Below are positions 16,148-33,638 of a stretch of DNA of 64,000 nucleotides, piece by piece. Position 1 is the stretch's first letter. The number at the start of each line of letters is the position of its first letter. Made by a program: the position numbers and the translations under genes. The notes beneath the pieces are model-generated. The model saw nothing but the letters and a program-made list of their open reading frames with translations, had not been told where the DNA came from and ran no database searches. Source of the DNA: the human T2T-CHM13v2.0 reference genome, Homo sapiens; NCBI RefSeq assembly GCF_009914755.1, contig NC_060947.1; one strand, written 5' to 3'.

Positions 16148-18424
16148 TGTATTAGTTTGTTTTCATGCTCCTGATAAAGACATACCCAAAACTAGGAACA
16201 AAAAAAGGTTTAATTGGACTTACAGTTCCACATGGCTGGGGAGGCCTCAGAATCATGGTAGGAGGTGAAAAGCTCTTCTTACATGGTGGCAGCAAGAGAA
16301 AATAAGGAAGAAGCAAAAGCGGAAACCCCTGATAATCCCATCAGATCTCGTGAATCTCATTAACTATCACGAGAATAGCACGAGAAAGACTGGCCCCCAT
16401 GATTCAGTTACCTCCCCCTGGGTCCCTCCCACAACATGTGGGAATTCCGGGAGATACAATTCAAGTTGAGATTTCGATGGGGACGATGGGGACACAGCCA
16501 AACCATATCATTCTGCCCCTGGCCCCTCCAAATCTCATGTCCTCACATTTCAAAACCAATCATGCCTTCCCAAGAGTCCCTCAAAGTCTTAACTCATTTC
16601 AGTATTAACCCAAAAGTCCACAGTCCAAAGTCTCATCTGAGACAAGGCAAGTCCCTTCCGCCTATGAGCCTGTAAAATCAAAAGCAAGCTAGTTACTTCC
16701 TAGATAGAATGGGGATAGAGGTATTGGGTAAATGTAGCCATTCCAAATGGGATAAATTGGCTAAAACAAAGGGGTTACAGGGCCCATGCAAGTCCAAAAA
16801 TCCAGCAAGGCAGTCAAATTTTAAGGCTCCAGAGTGATCTCCTTTGACTCCAGGTCTCACATCCAGGTCACACTGATGCAAGAGGTGGGTTCCCATGATC
16901 TTGGACAGCTCCGCCCCTGTGGCTTTGCAGGGTGCAGCCTCCCTCCTGGCTGCTTTCATGGGCTGGTGTTGAGTGTCTGTGACTTTTCTGGCCATATGGT
17001 GCAAACTGTCAGTGGATCTACCATTCTGGGGTCTGGAAGACAGTGGCTGTCTTCTCACAGCTCCACTAGGCAGTGCCCCAGTAGGGACTCTGGGGGCTCC
17101 AACCCCACATTTTTCTTCTGCACTGCCCTAGCAGAGGTTCTCCATGAGCGCCCTGCCCCTGTAGCAAACTTTTGCCTGGGCATCCAGGAGTTTCCATACA
17201 ACTTCTGAAATCTAGATGGAGGTTCCCAAATTTCAATTCTTGACTTCTGTACACCTGCAAGCTCAACACTTCGTGGAAGCTGCCAAGGTTTGGGGCTTCT
17301 ACCCTCTGAAGCCACAGCCTGAGCTGTATGTTGGCTCCTTTCAGCCACAGCTGGGACACAGGGCACCAAGTCCCCAGGCTACACACAACATGGGGACCCT
17401 AGGCCCAGCCCAGGAAACCATTTTTTCCTCCTGGGCCTCCAGGCCTGTGATGGGAGGGGCTGCTGTGAAGGTCTCTGACATGGCCTAAAGACGTTTTCCC
17501 CATGGTCTTGGGGATTAACATTAGGCTCCTTGCTACTTATGCAAATATCTGCAGCCAGCTTTAATTTCTCCCCAGAAAATGGGGTTTTCTTTTCTATCAC
17601 ATAGTCAGGCCACAAATTTTCCAAACTTTTATGCTCTGCTTCCCTTATAAAACTGAATACCTTTAATAGAACCCAAGTCACATCTTGAATGCTTTGCTGC
17701 TTAGAAATTTCTTCTGCCAGATACCCTAAATCATCTTTCTCAAGTTCCAACTTCCACAAATCTCTAGGGCAGGGACAAAATGTTGCCAGTCTCTTTGCTA
17801 AAACATAACAAGAGTCACCTTTACTCCAGTTCCCAAAAAGTTCCTCATCTCCATCTGAGACCACCTCAGCGTGGATCTTATTGTCCATATCGCTATCAGC
17901 ATGGGCAAAGCCATTCAACAAGTCTCTAGGAGGTTCCAGACTTTCCCACATTTTCCTGTCTTCTTCTGAGCCTTCCAAACTGTTTCACCCTCTGCCTATT
18001 ACCCAGTTCCAAAGTTACTTCCACATTTTTGGGGATCTTTTCAGCAACACCCCACTCTACTGGTGCCAATTTACTGTATTAGTTCATTTTTACACTGCTG
18101 ATAAAGACATACTTGAAACTGGGAACAAAAAAGGGTTTAATTGGACTTACAGTTCCATATGGCTAGGGAGCCCTCAGAATCATGGCGGGAGGCGAAAGGC
18201 CTTTCTCACCTGGTGGCAGCAAGAGAAAATGAGGAAGAAGCAAAAGCGGAAACCCCTGATAAACCCATCAGATCTCGTGAGACTCATTAGCACAAGAATA
18301 GCATGGGAAAGACTGGCCCCCTTGATGCAATTACCTCCCCCTTTGTCCCTCCCACAACATGTGGGAATTCCGGGAGATACAATTCAAGTTGAGATTTAGA
18401 TGGGGACACAGCCAAACCATATCA
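16148..18424 (-). mobile_element. Full-length THE1 (THE1C-like) MaLR provirus: LTRs 16148-16510 and 18075-18424
   Basis: Two similar LTRs TGTATTAG...AACCATATCA flanking THE1-int; TSD ACAGC/GCAGC. Confidence 0.95.
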
Positions 18425-19162
18425 GCAGCATTAGCCGTGTTCATAGCTGTAGTGCTTCACTTTTCAAGGGCTCAGAGGATATGTGCTTCTCTGAGGTTAA
18501 CCTGCAGATAATATACGGGAACACTAAGTACCTTCAAATAAGAAAAAATAGGGTGTTGAATTTTTTATGTAGCCCAAACTGTAATGGGAAATTTGAAGAA
18601 AAATTCCTAGAATCATACATCATGTTCTCTTTTCTAACTTCCTTCCTTCAATCAACATACTGTATGTGAGATTTACATTTATTATTATCTATAGTCGTAG
18701 ATCATTCATCATCATTGGTGGATATTATTACATCGAGTGGATATTTCACAATAAGCATATCTGCTATGTGGATTTTTTTCTAGTTTTTGACATGAATAAC
18801 AGCGTTATGAATGTCTTGTACATATCTTTGGATAAACATTTATTTTTCTTTCTTTTGGGTGCGTACCTTCCCCAGACCTAAGAATGAAATTTCTGAGTTG
18901 TAGGGTGTGTGTATGATCAGGTCAGTCAATATTGCCAAGCACTTTTTCAAAGTGGTTGTTGAATTTATATTTTCACCAGTGCTGTGAGAATTACACAGCT
19001 TCCATGTCCTCACCAACACTTGGTGTTTTCCATCTTTTTAATTTTCTTTTTCTGGTGTAAGTGTGGTGGTATCTCATTATGGTTTTAATTATACTTTACT
19101 TTCTCATTAACTCTCTGGAGTTTTAAATCTCTTTTCTCTCTTTGTTTTTGCTTTTCAACTTA

Positions 19163-19299
19163 CATATTGAGTATTCCTAATCTGCAAATCCAAAAGCCTC
19201 CAAAATCTGAAACTTTTTGATCATTGACATGATGCTCAAAGGAAATGCTCAGTGGAGCATTTCAGATTTTGGATTTTCAGATTAATGATACTCAACTTG
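19163..19299. mobile_element. Tigger4-family MITE
   Basis: Terminal inverted repeats CATATTGAGTAT...ATACTCAACTTG with TA TSD; GCTCAAAGGAAATGCTCA core. Confidence 0.8.
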
Positions 19300-19502
19300 T
19301 ATTTGCTTATTATACTGGAACTTTGGTTTGTGGAGTTTACATTCTCAATTTTGCTGATTGTATCTCCATTGTGCTGTTACTTACATTGCTCTGGCCCCTC
19401 CTATTTTCTATAAATTAGTAGAGTTAGAGGCTTCATCCAGTTCAGGATTTTTTGGCAAGAGTACCTCAGATGTGTTACATACTTCCTATATCCTTACACC
19501 AA

Positions 19503-19857
19503 GTCTTAGTTCAGGCTGCTTTACCAAATTACCACAGACTAGGTGGCTTAAATAACAAACATTTATTTCTCATGAGTCTGGAAGCTAGAAGTCTAATCAG
19601 GGTGCCAGTATAGTTGGGTTCCTGGTGAGGATCCTCTTCCTGGTTATGTCCTCACATGGCCTTCCCTTGGTGTGTGCATGCAGAGAGCAAGTAAACTCTC
19701 TGTGTCTCTTCTTATAAGGACACTAATCTCATAATGAGGGCTCCACTTTGATGACCTAATTATTTCCCAAAAGTCCTATTTTTAAATACTGTCACATTGG
19801 AGATTAGGGTTTCCACATATGAGTTTTGGGAGGACACAAGCATTCAATTCATAGGCA
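19503..19857 (-). mobile_element. MLT1A-type LTR
   Basis: AATTACCACAGACTAGGTGGCTTAAATAACAAACATTTATTTCTCA...CTTATAAGGACACTAATC. Confidence 0.8.
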
Positions 19858-20796
19858 TACAAGGAGCGTCATTGTGTCTTATTGTCACTCCTACCTTGAC
19901 ATTAAGATTGAGCACTGGGCTCAGGTGTTGTTAGACTGATCCATCTATTATGTAATTTCCCATCTGCTTTTTACCTCATTATTTTTTACAATCTCTGATC
20001 TTTACCAAGATCTGCACTTCATTAAAAATTCTAAAATGATGATGTTTAGATACTACAATTTCTTCTGCATTTATTAGCTGGACATTTTCTATAAGAGAAA
20101 CTCCCCCCCGCCCCCCCCAACCCCCGCCCAAGCCCCTGCCAACTAGTAGGCTTAACTGAGGTATGGCACACACAGGAAAGGAAGGACAAATATTTAATCA
20201 TTTTGCAGTATTTCCAGTTTTAAGAATAAGTATTGTTTCTGTAGGATCCTCCACAGATTAGCAGTGAGTTGGTTTTGTTTGTGTTTTTTCTTTTAGAGTG
20301 TCATCACGACTCAGAGATGTTTCTGTATGTGATGTGTTTTAACTCACTGTAGGCACCAATGTTTTTGATGCTTAAATTGTTCTTATTTGGTCTGTGGAAG
20401 TCCTATCAGGTTGGCTTCTGAGTCTTTTTGATATGTTCGCTGGTATGATCATTCAGTCCAGACTCATCTGGTACAGCTCTACCACAGACTTGGATTCAGC
20501 CATTTTTCCTTGTGGGTAATATTTTTAGAGGACTCAATCTGGGTACTAGAGTTCTTCATTGCTACTGGGTTGGCCATTGTTTCTTAAATTTTTCAGTGCA
20601 TCAGACCAGTAAATAGGTATTATATTTTTAAGAGAATATATATGATCAGCTTCCATCCTGGGCTGCTACTCTGTTCCCTTATAAGTAATTATTTTTATCA
20701 GTTTTTGTTTTAGCCTACTAGTTTAAAGAATATAATAGAATACTATATGGCTGTTAGTTTTCTCTTCTCCTCAGAGGTAAAAGGTGGCATATTCAA

Positions 20797-21846
20797 CCTC
20801 AGTCAAGTTTCTAGCAGCTCAGAGGTGTGGAGCATTTGAGATATCCCTTCTAAGGTGAAGGATAAATACTTGCACCTGGCCTCTACTACAACCAAAAAAG
20901 AGGTACACCATCTGGTGGGCTTCTTTGGATTTTGGAGGCAACATACTCTTCATCTGGGTGTGTAACTCTGACCCATTTACTGAGTAACACAAAAAGCTAC
21001 TAGTGTTGAGTAGGGCCTAGAACAAGAGAAGGCTCTGCAACAGGTCCAGGCTGCTGTGCAAGCTGCTATGCCACTTGGGCCATATGATCAAGCAGATCCA
21101 ATGGTGCTTGAGTTGTCAGTGACAGATAGGGATGCTGTTGGGAACCTTTGGCAGGCCCCCATAGGTGAATGGCAACACAGGCCCTGCCATCTTTCCTAGA
21201 TAACTACTCTTCTTTTGAGAAACAGCTCTTGGCCTGCTAATGGGCCTTAGTAGAGACTGGAAACAACCAAGTTTTCATGTGACGTGAGCTGCCCACCATG
21301 ACCTGTGTGTTATCTGACCCACATAGCCATAAAGTTGGGTATGTACAGCAGCACTCACTCCATCATCAAAGGTAAGTAGTATATATGAAATCGAGCTCAA
21401 GCAGGTACTGAAGGCATAAGTAAGTTACATGAGGAAGCAGCTCAAATGCCCATGGTCCTCATTTTTGCTACATTCCTTTCTTTCTCCCAGCCTGCACCTA
21501 TAATCTAAGTTCCCTATGATCAGTTGACAGAGAAAGAGAAGTTTGGTTTACAGATGATTCTGCATGATATGCAAGCACTACTCAAAAGTGGACAACTAAC
21601 ACTACATCCCCTTTCCAGGATGTCCCTGAAGGACAATGGTGAATGGAAACTCTCCCGGTGGGCAGAACTTTGAGCAGTGTACCTGGTTGATCACTTTGCT
21701 TGGACAAATGGCTGGACCTGCCATTTCTATATATACTGATTCATGGACTGTGGACAATAGTTTGGCTGCATGATCAGGAACTTGGAAAAAAACATGATTG
21801 GAAAATTGGTGACAAAGAAATTTGGGGAAGAAGTACTTGGATAGAC
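20797..21846 (+). mobile_element. ERV-L internal pol (RT/RNaseH) fragment
   Basis: TTTGGATTTTGGAGGCAACAT, GAGAAGGCTCTGCAACAGGTCCAGGCTGCTGTGCAAG, TTTGAGAAACAGCTCTTGGCCTGC. Confidence 0.85.
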
Positions 21847-21847
21847 C

Positions 21848-24278
<2,431 letters not shown>

Positions 24279-24951
24279 TTGTGGATACCAATTAGAAGAA
24301 AGTCACTAACTCCAGCTCACACACAATGAGACAGATTATACAAAGGAGTAAATAACAAGAAACAAAAATCATTGGGTGCATACTTAGATTCTACTTACGA
24401 CAGCATCACTAGGCCATTTCTCCGTACTGATTACTGGGAATGTTTCCTATGTCATGATAATTAGACTCATATAATTTAATACTATAATCTAATTTAATAT
24501 TACAATTTTATAATGTAATTTTAATATAATATATTTAATATATTAAAATTAATTATATTTAGTTAAATATTTAATAATTTGATATCATATATCATATAAT
24601 TTAGTATTACAGTTTTAAAGTATTATAGTTCATTATATAAATAAATTAAGCAATACCCTGGGCAGTATTGCATGTGAGCACTGAGAGAGATTAGAGCATT
24701 CAAATTCCTGGTGGCTTCAGGACACAATGCCTTAATGAAATTTCAGTTTCTATTACTGAGCAGGCATTACAAAGCAATTTGTCTGATTTATGTAACTGTT
24801 CCTAAATTCCCATAATTTAATCTAAATTATACATTAAATAATAGGCTACTTGAATAAGTGTTAAGATGAAAAGAGATGCAAATTAGAGCATTTCTTGCTT
24901 ATGCTAGTTTTGTCAACATTAATTTTCTACCCTCCAGGTAATCTGTTCCAG

Positions 24952-25114
24952 AAGAAACATGTGTCGTTCTGACTGAGCCCCTGCCTGTCTGTCACCTTAA
25001 GAGCCAGTCAATTCATATGGTCCCCATATCAAAGTCTCCTGTGCCCAGAGAGAGGATTTCATTTCAACCATCACCATCACCACCATCATCATCATCACCA
25101 AGAGATGTTGTTGA
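24952..25114 (+). other. Exon-like cassette type I, copy a (163 nt) with CAT/CAC repeat
   Basis: TTCCAG| acceptor, GTTGTTGA|GTGAGC donor; one frame open throughout (ETCVVLTEP...SSSSPRDVVE). Confidence 0.65.
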
Positions 25115-25679
25115 GTGAGCATCTGGGGAGGAGAGTAAAGTGATCAGTTCCAAAGCCCTGGTGGCCAGTTATCTACATAAGAAGTCACTGGGCATAGGCA
25201 GTGTTTCTCTCCCCTTCTTTCATTCTTGTCCCTGTTTTGGAGGACTTTTAGACATGTTCTTCCTCACACATCCTTTCTGCCAAGAATGTAAAATTTTAAT
25301 ACCACACGTAAAGTGGTAACTGTTTATGTACTGTGGTACTTTGCAGGACCACAAACCATTGTAATGTCTCCCATCCTCCTTACCATCCAGAGCCAATTTT
25401 CAGCCCCTTGGGCATAATGTCGCCTCTGTTGACAATGCATGAAATACTGTGATGACAGCAAAGGCTGGACCACATTCCTGCCCCTTACTTGATGTGTGAT
25501 GCTGAAATCCTTTCTTACCCTCTGTCAGCTTGCCCTTAGTTATCTGTAAAAGGAGACTTACTACGTCTTCCTTACATAACTAGTCTATGGTGTAAATAAG
25601 AAATCCTGTACAGCATATATGTCACCTAGTAGGACATCAACAAATGCTTATACTGACCCACTTTTCACCTCCCTCCTAG

Positions 25680-25749
25680 AGAAGTGATGACTGTTACCTA
25701 AGCCAAACAGCACAATTGCCATAGAGTCTACCTGGAAACATACCAAGCA
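25680..25749 (+). other. Exon-like cassette type II, copy a (70 nt)
   Basis: Branch-like TACTGAC, pyrimidine tract, TAG| acceptor, GCA|GTAAGA donor. Confidence 0.6.
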
Positions 25750-25913
25750 GTAAGAAGTTAAACCTACTCACATTTGCATTATGAATGAAGCTTTGGGAAC
25801 CATTCCAGTGTTGCAGGAGGGCTTTGCTGAGGGATCAGGGAAAAGGGAAGGAGATAATTAAAACATTTCCTTTAATCCCCTGTCATTTTCTGCCCCCTTG
25901 TTTGATCTTCTAG

Positions 25914-26089
25914 ATTGATACTGGAAAAGCAGTTTCTATTGAGCCCCCAAATGAAGAGTGAGTGCAGATGAAGAGGAGGCAGGACTCACAAGCCCTTGAA
26001 CTTTATTCCAGATCTGTTAGCACCTACAGGACCCTGCACCAGGATTTCATCTGTACTATCAGCTTCTTCAAAGAGAGAGAGGTTGTTGA
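25914..26089 (+). other. Exon-like cassette type III, copy a (176 nt)
   Basis: TGATCTTCTAG| acceptor; GTTGTTGA|GTGAGT donor. Confidence 0.6.
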
Positions 26090-26693
26090 GTGAGTACCCA
26101 CAAGGGCACAGTACTAAAAACATGTAAAATTACAAGTGTTTAAGTCCTAAAAGGTTAAGATCTATAAAGAAGATACCTGGGTGTCCTTTTGGGAGGGTGA
26201 GAGTTAGAATGCCATTTCTGTTCCTTAGTAGATGAGTCTGCAAAATTGATTTTACATCAGCAAGTTTAATATAGTCAACTTCAAAATGGGAATAATGATG
26301 ATTTCTCCACAAAGTTATGAGAGAATCATGCAAAATATACAACTACATGCTTTTAGCTATAAATATATAAATGACATCATAGAGTAAGTGCTCTTTTGAA
26401 AATTTTCATTCTCTGAAAATAGTATTACTTAGCTATATCTAATAAGGTGATTTGAGATTCCTTTAAATATGACTAGCCATGCTATCTTGGCCATCTTACA
26501 TATATGCTGTCCAGACCTAAGAGTACAGTGGGTGACAGGTGCCTTGCTTTCTTCTCTCACAGATGTTGCCAAATGTCTCTGCAAAGAGGTTGTACCAATT
26601 TGTCCTCCCTAGGCCATGTATGGAATTATCATGGCCCTGCATTTTCCATTTAATGAGGATACAGCATAAACACCAACTCACTGATTGAGTTTA

Positions 26694-27590
26694 CTTTTCT
26701 TTTCTTTTCTTTTTTATTATACTTTAAGTTTTAGGGTACATATGCACAACGTGCAGGTTAGTTACATATGTATACATGTGTCATGTTGGTGTGCTGTACC
26801 CATTAACTCATCATTTAACATTAAGTATATCTCCTAATGCTATCCCTCCCCCCAGCCCACAACAGGCCCCAGTGTGTGATGTTCCCCTTCCTGTGTCCAT
26901 GTGTTCTCATTGTTCAATTCCCACCTATGAGTGAGAACATGCAGTGTTTGGTTTTTTGTCCTTGCGCTAGTTTGCTGAGAATGATGGTTTCCAGCTTCAT
27001 CCATGTCCCTACAAAGGACATGAACTCATCATTTTTTATGGCTGCATAGTAATCCATGGTGTATATGTGCCACATTTTCTTAATCCAGTCTATCATTGTT
27101 GGACATTTGGGTTGGCTCCAAGTCTTTGCTATTGTGTGAATAGTGCTGCAATAAACATACGTGTGCATGTGTCTTTATAGCAGCATGATTTATAATCCTT
27201 TGGGTATATACCCAGTAATGGGATGGCTGGGTCAAATGGTATTTCTAGTTCTAGATCCCTGAGGCATCGCCACACTGACTTCCACAATGGTTGAACTAGT
27301 TTACAGTCCCACCAACAGTGTAAAAGTGTTCCTATTTCTCCACATCCTCTCCAGCACCTGTTGTTTCCTGACTTTTTAATGATCACCATTCTAACTGGTG
27401 TGAGATGGTATCTCATTGTGGTTTTGATTTGCATTTCTCTGATGGCCAGTGATGATGAGCATTTTTTCATGTGTCTTTTGGCTGCATAAATGTCTTCTTT
27501 TGAGAAGTGTCTGTTCATATCCTTTGCCCACTTTTTGATGGGGTTGTTTGTTTTTTTCTTGTAAATTTGTTTGAGTTCATTGTAGATTCT
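26694..27590 (-). mobile_element. 5'-truncated L1PA4-like insertion
   Basis: ORF2 C-terminal peptides (27129-27518, 26914-27168); standard L1PA 3'UTR. Confidence 0.93.
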
Positions 27591-28549
27591 TATTCCAGGA
27601 CATATTTAAGACATAAAGTTGGATCATTATGTTTCCATTTGGTAATTTAAATGTGAAATATGCCATTTATAGGAAAATAAAATATGGAAAATGAAAAATA
27701 ATCTAACATTCCAACAAAAGTATATCACATTAGCAAATATTAATAATATAGTGAAACCCATTATTTGTACAGATCTTGGAAAATGAGTATTCATATCTTG
27801 TATTTCATTGTGACAAATTAGCAAAGAGATTTTAAGGTGAATTAGACAAATGTTTAATATTCATGCTTTTTGAGGAAGCAGTCCCACTTGTGGAAACTTA
27901 TACTCTGGTTAACAGCCTGAGAGGTCCTTGCCATCATCAATCATGTGTCCCTCCTGCTCAGTGCTGAGCTGACCATTTGCCTAATTGGCTTGGTGCCTTA
28001 AGGACTCCCTGACCCTGTTCCATCCATCCTTTTATCCAAAGAGAAAAATAGGTCTCATGGCTGGATGCCCAATTTCAATGGACCTTGGGGTTGGATCAAA
28101 CCCAAGGGTTGATATGGAGCAGTGCTCAGATCCTTACTCCTGGAGGGACAAGTAGATCTCTGGCCTCATCCCTATTTGGGATAAATCTCTCTTCCTCTCC
28201 TTTCTCTATGTCCTCAGAGGCCTTCCCTTTCCTACCAGATAACAAGCAGTCCAATCTTTCCCTTAAGTTTAAGTTTCCTAAAGAATGGAAGAAACTGGAT
28301 TCAGACATCTTTGGCTCCCAACCCTGTCATAAACCTCCCCTAAGGCAAGGGGAAGGAACACCAAGCCTGGTTCCTTGCTGGAAATGCAAGGAGGGTAAAC
28401 ACAGGGAGGACAGACATTAACTTCCTTAACAGTGTGTGTCCAGATACATTTGCTAAAGATCTGCCACCAGCACTTAAGGTGCCCAGGTTGCCAGCTACTA
28501 TCTCTGGCTCTCTCAGTTTCTGTGGTAATCAAATCCTTTGCCATTCTAC

Positions 28550-29790
<1,241 letters not shown>

Positions 29791-32759
29791 TAGATATTAT
29801 GAATCCTGACCATTTTTGTACCATTGCCCAGGCTGCTTGATTCTATCCCTGGCTCCATTAGTTTGTGTGGTGAGCAAACTCTTTGCCATCCAGCTCTGTG
29901 CTTAGGAGCAAGTGCGCTGTAGTCATATACATCCATGAAGAGAGCATAATTGTACCTCACTAGTAGGGTTGTCATGAGAATTAAATTCAATCACTAAAGT
30001 GAAGAACATGGAGCTGGACCCTCTAAACAATGTGTTCTATCAATATTAGTTGCCTTTCCTCTCTGGATCAGAAAACTAATGTGGCTCCTAACCTGACCCC
30101 TCAGGTAGGACTCCTTCACTTGCATGCATGTCAGAATTAGCTTGGAGATCTTTTCTAAACCTTTAGCAGAAACTCACTTGTTGTTGGAAATAAGACTTCT
30201 ATATCAAAGTCCATTCAAGTGATTAAGCCATAGTAATATGGGCCTCAGAAAGTAGATATTCCATTTGACACCTAAAGTGTTATGTGAAAACTCATTTCCC
30301 CTCCATTCCATCTGTTCCAGGTATGACCAGCTTTTGCCTTTACTGCCACTCTGATCGCTCATTTCCTTAGACCTGCCCATTGAAAGAGCTCTCTCAGATA
30401 ATTGTTAACTTAGAGATTCACAGCTCTTGTTCCTCTGTGGTGTCTCCTGTTTCAAGAGCCCAACATGAAAATATGGCATGCTTCTATGATGTTAACGTGC
30501 TGATAAAATGAGAGGACACAAAATAGCTTATTATCTGGAAATAGGATGCTGATTATTATCCCTGACCCCAAATGTCATGAATGAGATGATGAGATGGCAA
30601 GTGACTGATGATGCTCTATTCTTCACAAGATGCCATCAGCTGGAGATGGAAGCCCCAGTGTGGGTTCCTGGGGCTGCCTCTACTTCCTTCACTCCCTGAA
30701 TTATTTTCTGTGGACTAAGATTTGTGCTCCGTTTATGGCTCTGATGGCATTGGTGTGTGCTTTCTGGGAAGTAGGAATGGGGAAGAATGCTAGGGAGGTG
30801 TCAGCTGTTAGGGAAGCCCTGAGAGGAGGGGATCCTGATGTAAGAGAGGATTGAAAACCATGGCCCTAAGTCAGGTTAGTCTGGCATGCATGTGATGTCT
30901 AATAATAAGGGGGGTGGCACACTTCCCCTCCTAAGAGGCACCTGAATTTCCTGTGAGGGGATGTCCCTGCCATGTTTGTGTGCCTTGGAAACTGACTTCT
31001 GACACTGTAAGGACAGCATTAGTGTTGTCAGAAGGCTGGGTGGTGGGGTGAGGGTGGGGGAAGATTGAATCCTCAGAGCAACTTAAAGACCCTACTGACA
31101 GAGACAGAACAGCCTGCTCCAGCTGAGAGGAGGGCAGGAGAGATAACTAGGTGGGCAACAGGTGTCTCTTAAAGCAGGAACCATACAGTGGTACATGAAG
31201 ATCTGGACCATCAACTCTGGCTAAGTGAGATGCTGGCCTGAGATGTTAGAGCACTTTTACATGCTTTCATGAGCTGGAGGTAGAACACAGGCCTGCTGAT
31301 TCTCAGTTCTGTGCTCTCATGAATTACTGCAAGCTGCCTTTTCAAAGGAAAGGCAGACTTGGTTCTCACCATCTTGGAGACACAGTTTCCTCATCTCAAA
31401 AAGGAACTGACACCACTCCTTTTATAGGGCGGTCCTGAAGATGGACTGTTATCCTGTGTGTGCAGAAAACAAACTCCGCAAATATAACCCTATTAAGGAG
31501 ACCCTGTTAATGAGACAGACCCTGGGGTCATTGGAAAATGGAAGGCTCAGCCAATGGTGCCGTTTGCTCAGAGCACAGAGTACTTGGCACACAGGGCTAG
31601 AAAATGTAGGCTGCGTCCATGGTGTGAGGTGTCTCTGGCAGGGAGAGAAGGTGGGTTGCTTTTGAGGATGTTTTGAAGGTATGATTATCTTTATCCACTT
31701 TCTTAATGGTGCCAGCATTACCTGGGAGTGCTCTTCCTTCCAGAGACTGTATTTGTCTCTGAGCCTCTGTTGCTATGCAACAGCCTCCTCTGAGCTCAGA
31801 GCATGATTCAGCGATACTGGTCAGAGCTGCTGCATCAAGAGTCCTGGAGATGAGATGACAGAGAGGGAGTGGGAAACGGTCTAGGAAGTCTGTACAGGAG
31901 TGGAGTCTTGGGGTCTTGAATGGCCTGCTGTCTGGGAGGGGCCATCTCTAGAGCGAAGACATGTCAGCCAACACTGATGAGAGACAGAGCGAGCAAAGGA
32001 GATGGATCAGTGAACAAAATATATGGAGTGGACATAAAATGAAGCTTATGCTTAGCCTTTTAATATACATAGGAATTTTCCAAAAAGAATTGGCAACACA
32101 TTCTCCAAACTGTTTCACGAATGACTCTAAAGAATAACATCTGTTTGGTCATCTAAAAAATTAGGAGCTTTAATTTTTAAGAAAGGAAAACCAAAATGGT
32201 GATAGATCCCCTTTGCCCGTAATTACAGCTCTAGAATTCTCAGATGGTGACTCAGCAAGAGTGGTAGGAGGGAGTAGGGACCTAGACTTGATGGTTGTCA
32301 GCCAGAGCTTCTGGAATTTTCCACACATTATCAGCAATCTTGTGTATTCATCACTATCTGGGATCTCTAAGCCCCAAGATAGGAAGCCCAGTCCTTTTCT
32401 GAGATGGAGAGAAAGCTGTACCTGGGAGTGTGTGTTTGGCGTGATAGAGTTTGAGCCCTAAATACACAAACACATACAATGTTGTTGTGTTTTAGCCATA
32501 GACACACACACACACACAAATACACCCACACCTACTATGTCTAGGCAATTATTTCAAACTGCTGCTTCTCCCATGAGCAATATGTTTTGTACATATTCCA
32601 AAAACAGTAGGTGTATGTGTACGTGTTTTTGTCAAACCATGTACAATTTAATCTTAAAATTATTACCTCAGTGGTTTTCTCGATTATAACATTTCAAAAA
32701 GTAAAGATATGTATTTATAAAATGAAATATATATATATATGGAGAGAGGAAAGAGAAAG

Positions 32760-33180
32760 TGATAGAAATGATTACTACAGTGAAGCGCATTAACATATCC
32801 ATCTATTCACATAGCTATCATTTTTTTGTGAACGCACTTGAAACCTACTCTCTTACCAAATTTACAGTGTACATTATATTACTATTAACTGTAGTCATCA
32901 TGCTGTATATTAGATCTCTAGGCTTATTTATCCTTCATAGCTTCAATTTTATACCTTTGAACAACATCTCCCCTCTTCCCCCCATCTCCACTCCTGGTAA
33001 TGACAGCTCTATGCTTCTATGAGCTTGACTATTTTAGATTCTACATGTAAGTGAAATCATGCATAATTCTTCTTTCTATGTCTAGCTTATTTTACTTAGC
33101 ATAATGTCCCCCAGGTTCATTCACGCTATCACAAATAGTAGGGGTCTCCTTTTTAAAGGCCAAAATAATATTCCATTGTG
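32760..33180 (-). mobile_element. L1MA 3' fragment followed by (TA/CA)n microsatellite to ~33390
   Basis: ATTAACATATCCATC, ATGCTGTATATTAGATCTCTAG, TTTAGATTCTACATGTAAGTGA. Confidence 0.75.
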
Positions 33181-33391
33181 TGTATGTGTGATTATATATA
33201 TACACACACACATATATACATAAATAATTATACAATGTAATATATATTATATATAATCACACACACGTATATATACATACATGTATATATATATGAATAT
33301 ATATACATATATGTATATATATAATCACACACATATACGTACATACATATACATATATATTTATAATACAATATTCCATTGTATATATAAA

Positions 33392-33638
33392 GTCCTTGAT
33401 ATAAAATGGGGTGGTATTTCTATATAACCTATGCACGTCCTCCCATATACTTTAAATCATCTCTAGATTACTTATGATACCTAATACAATGTAAGTGCTA
33501 TATAAATGTTGTTATACAAATTGGTTTTAAAATTTGTATTTTATTGTTGTATTGTTTTTATTTTCTTTTCAGAATATTTTCAGTCCAAGATTGGTTGCAT
33601 TCATGTATGCAGAATCCACAGATACAAAAGGTCAACTG
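33392..33638. mobile_element. MER2 (Tigger-derived) fragment
   Basis: ATACTTTAAATCATCTCTAGATTACTTAT.ATACCTAATACAATGTAA; terminal CAACTG-TA. Confidence 0.8.

Larger units (their letters stand above)
11595..20790. repeat. Ancient duplicated block X, copy 1 (paralog 45560-51440)
   Basis: Shared anchors AGAATTGAATC.GTTGAATTGTG, GTTACCATGGTGACTCA, AAGGGCTCAGA, GCTTCTCTGAGGTTAA, GGTACTAGAGTT. Confidence 0.8.

Noticed and set aside
16399-18399. Cluster of 100-200 aa ORFs on both strands
   Set aside because: Typical chance/remnant ORFs of the THE1 internal region and LTR
24470-24650. AT-rich quasi-repeat
   Set aside because: Low-complexity sequence with no regular unit
25069-25097. Poly-histidine coding tract
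   Set aside because: The His frame has an upstream stop within the cassette; substitution pattern and splice phase favour the Ser/Pro frame
25684-25830. C/D-box snoRNA array (RTGATGA ... CTGA in all three type II copies)
   Set aside because: Box spacing is long and variable (~125-145 nt), there is no terminal stem, and box C lies just inside a splice acceptor; shared motifs are explained by duplication
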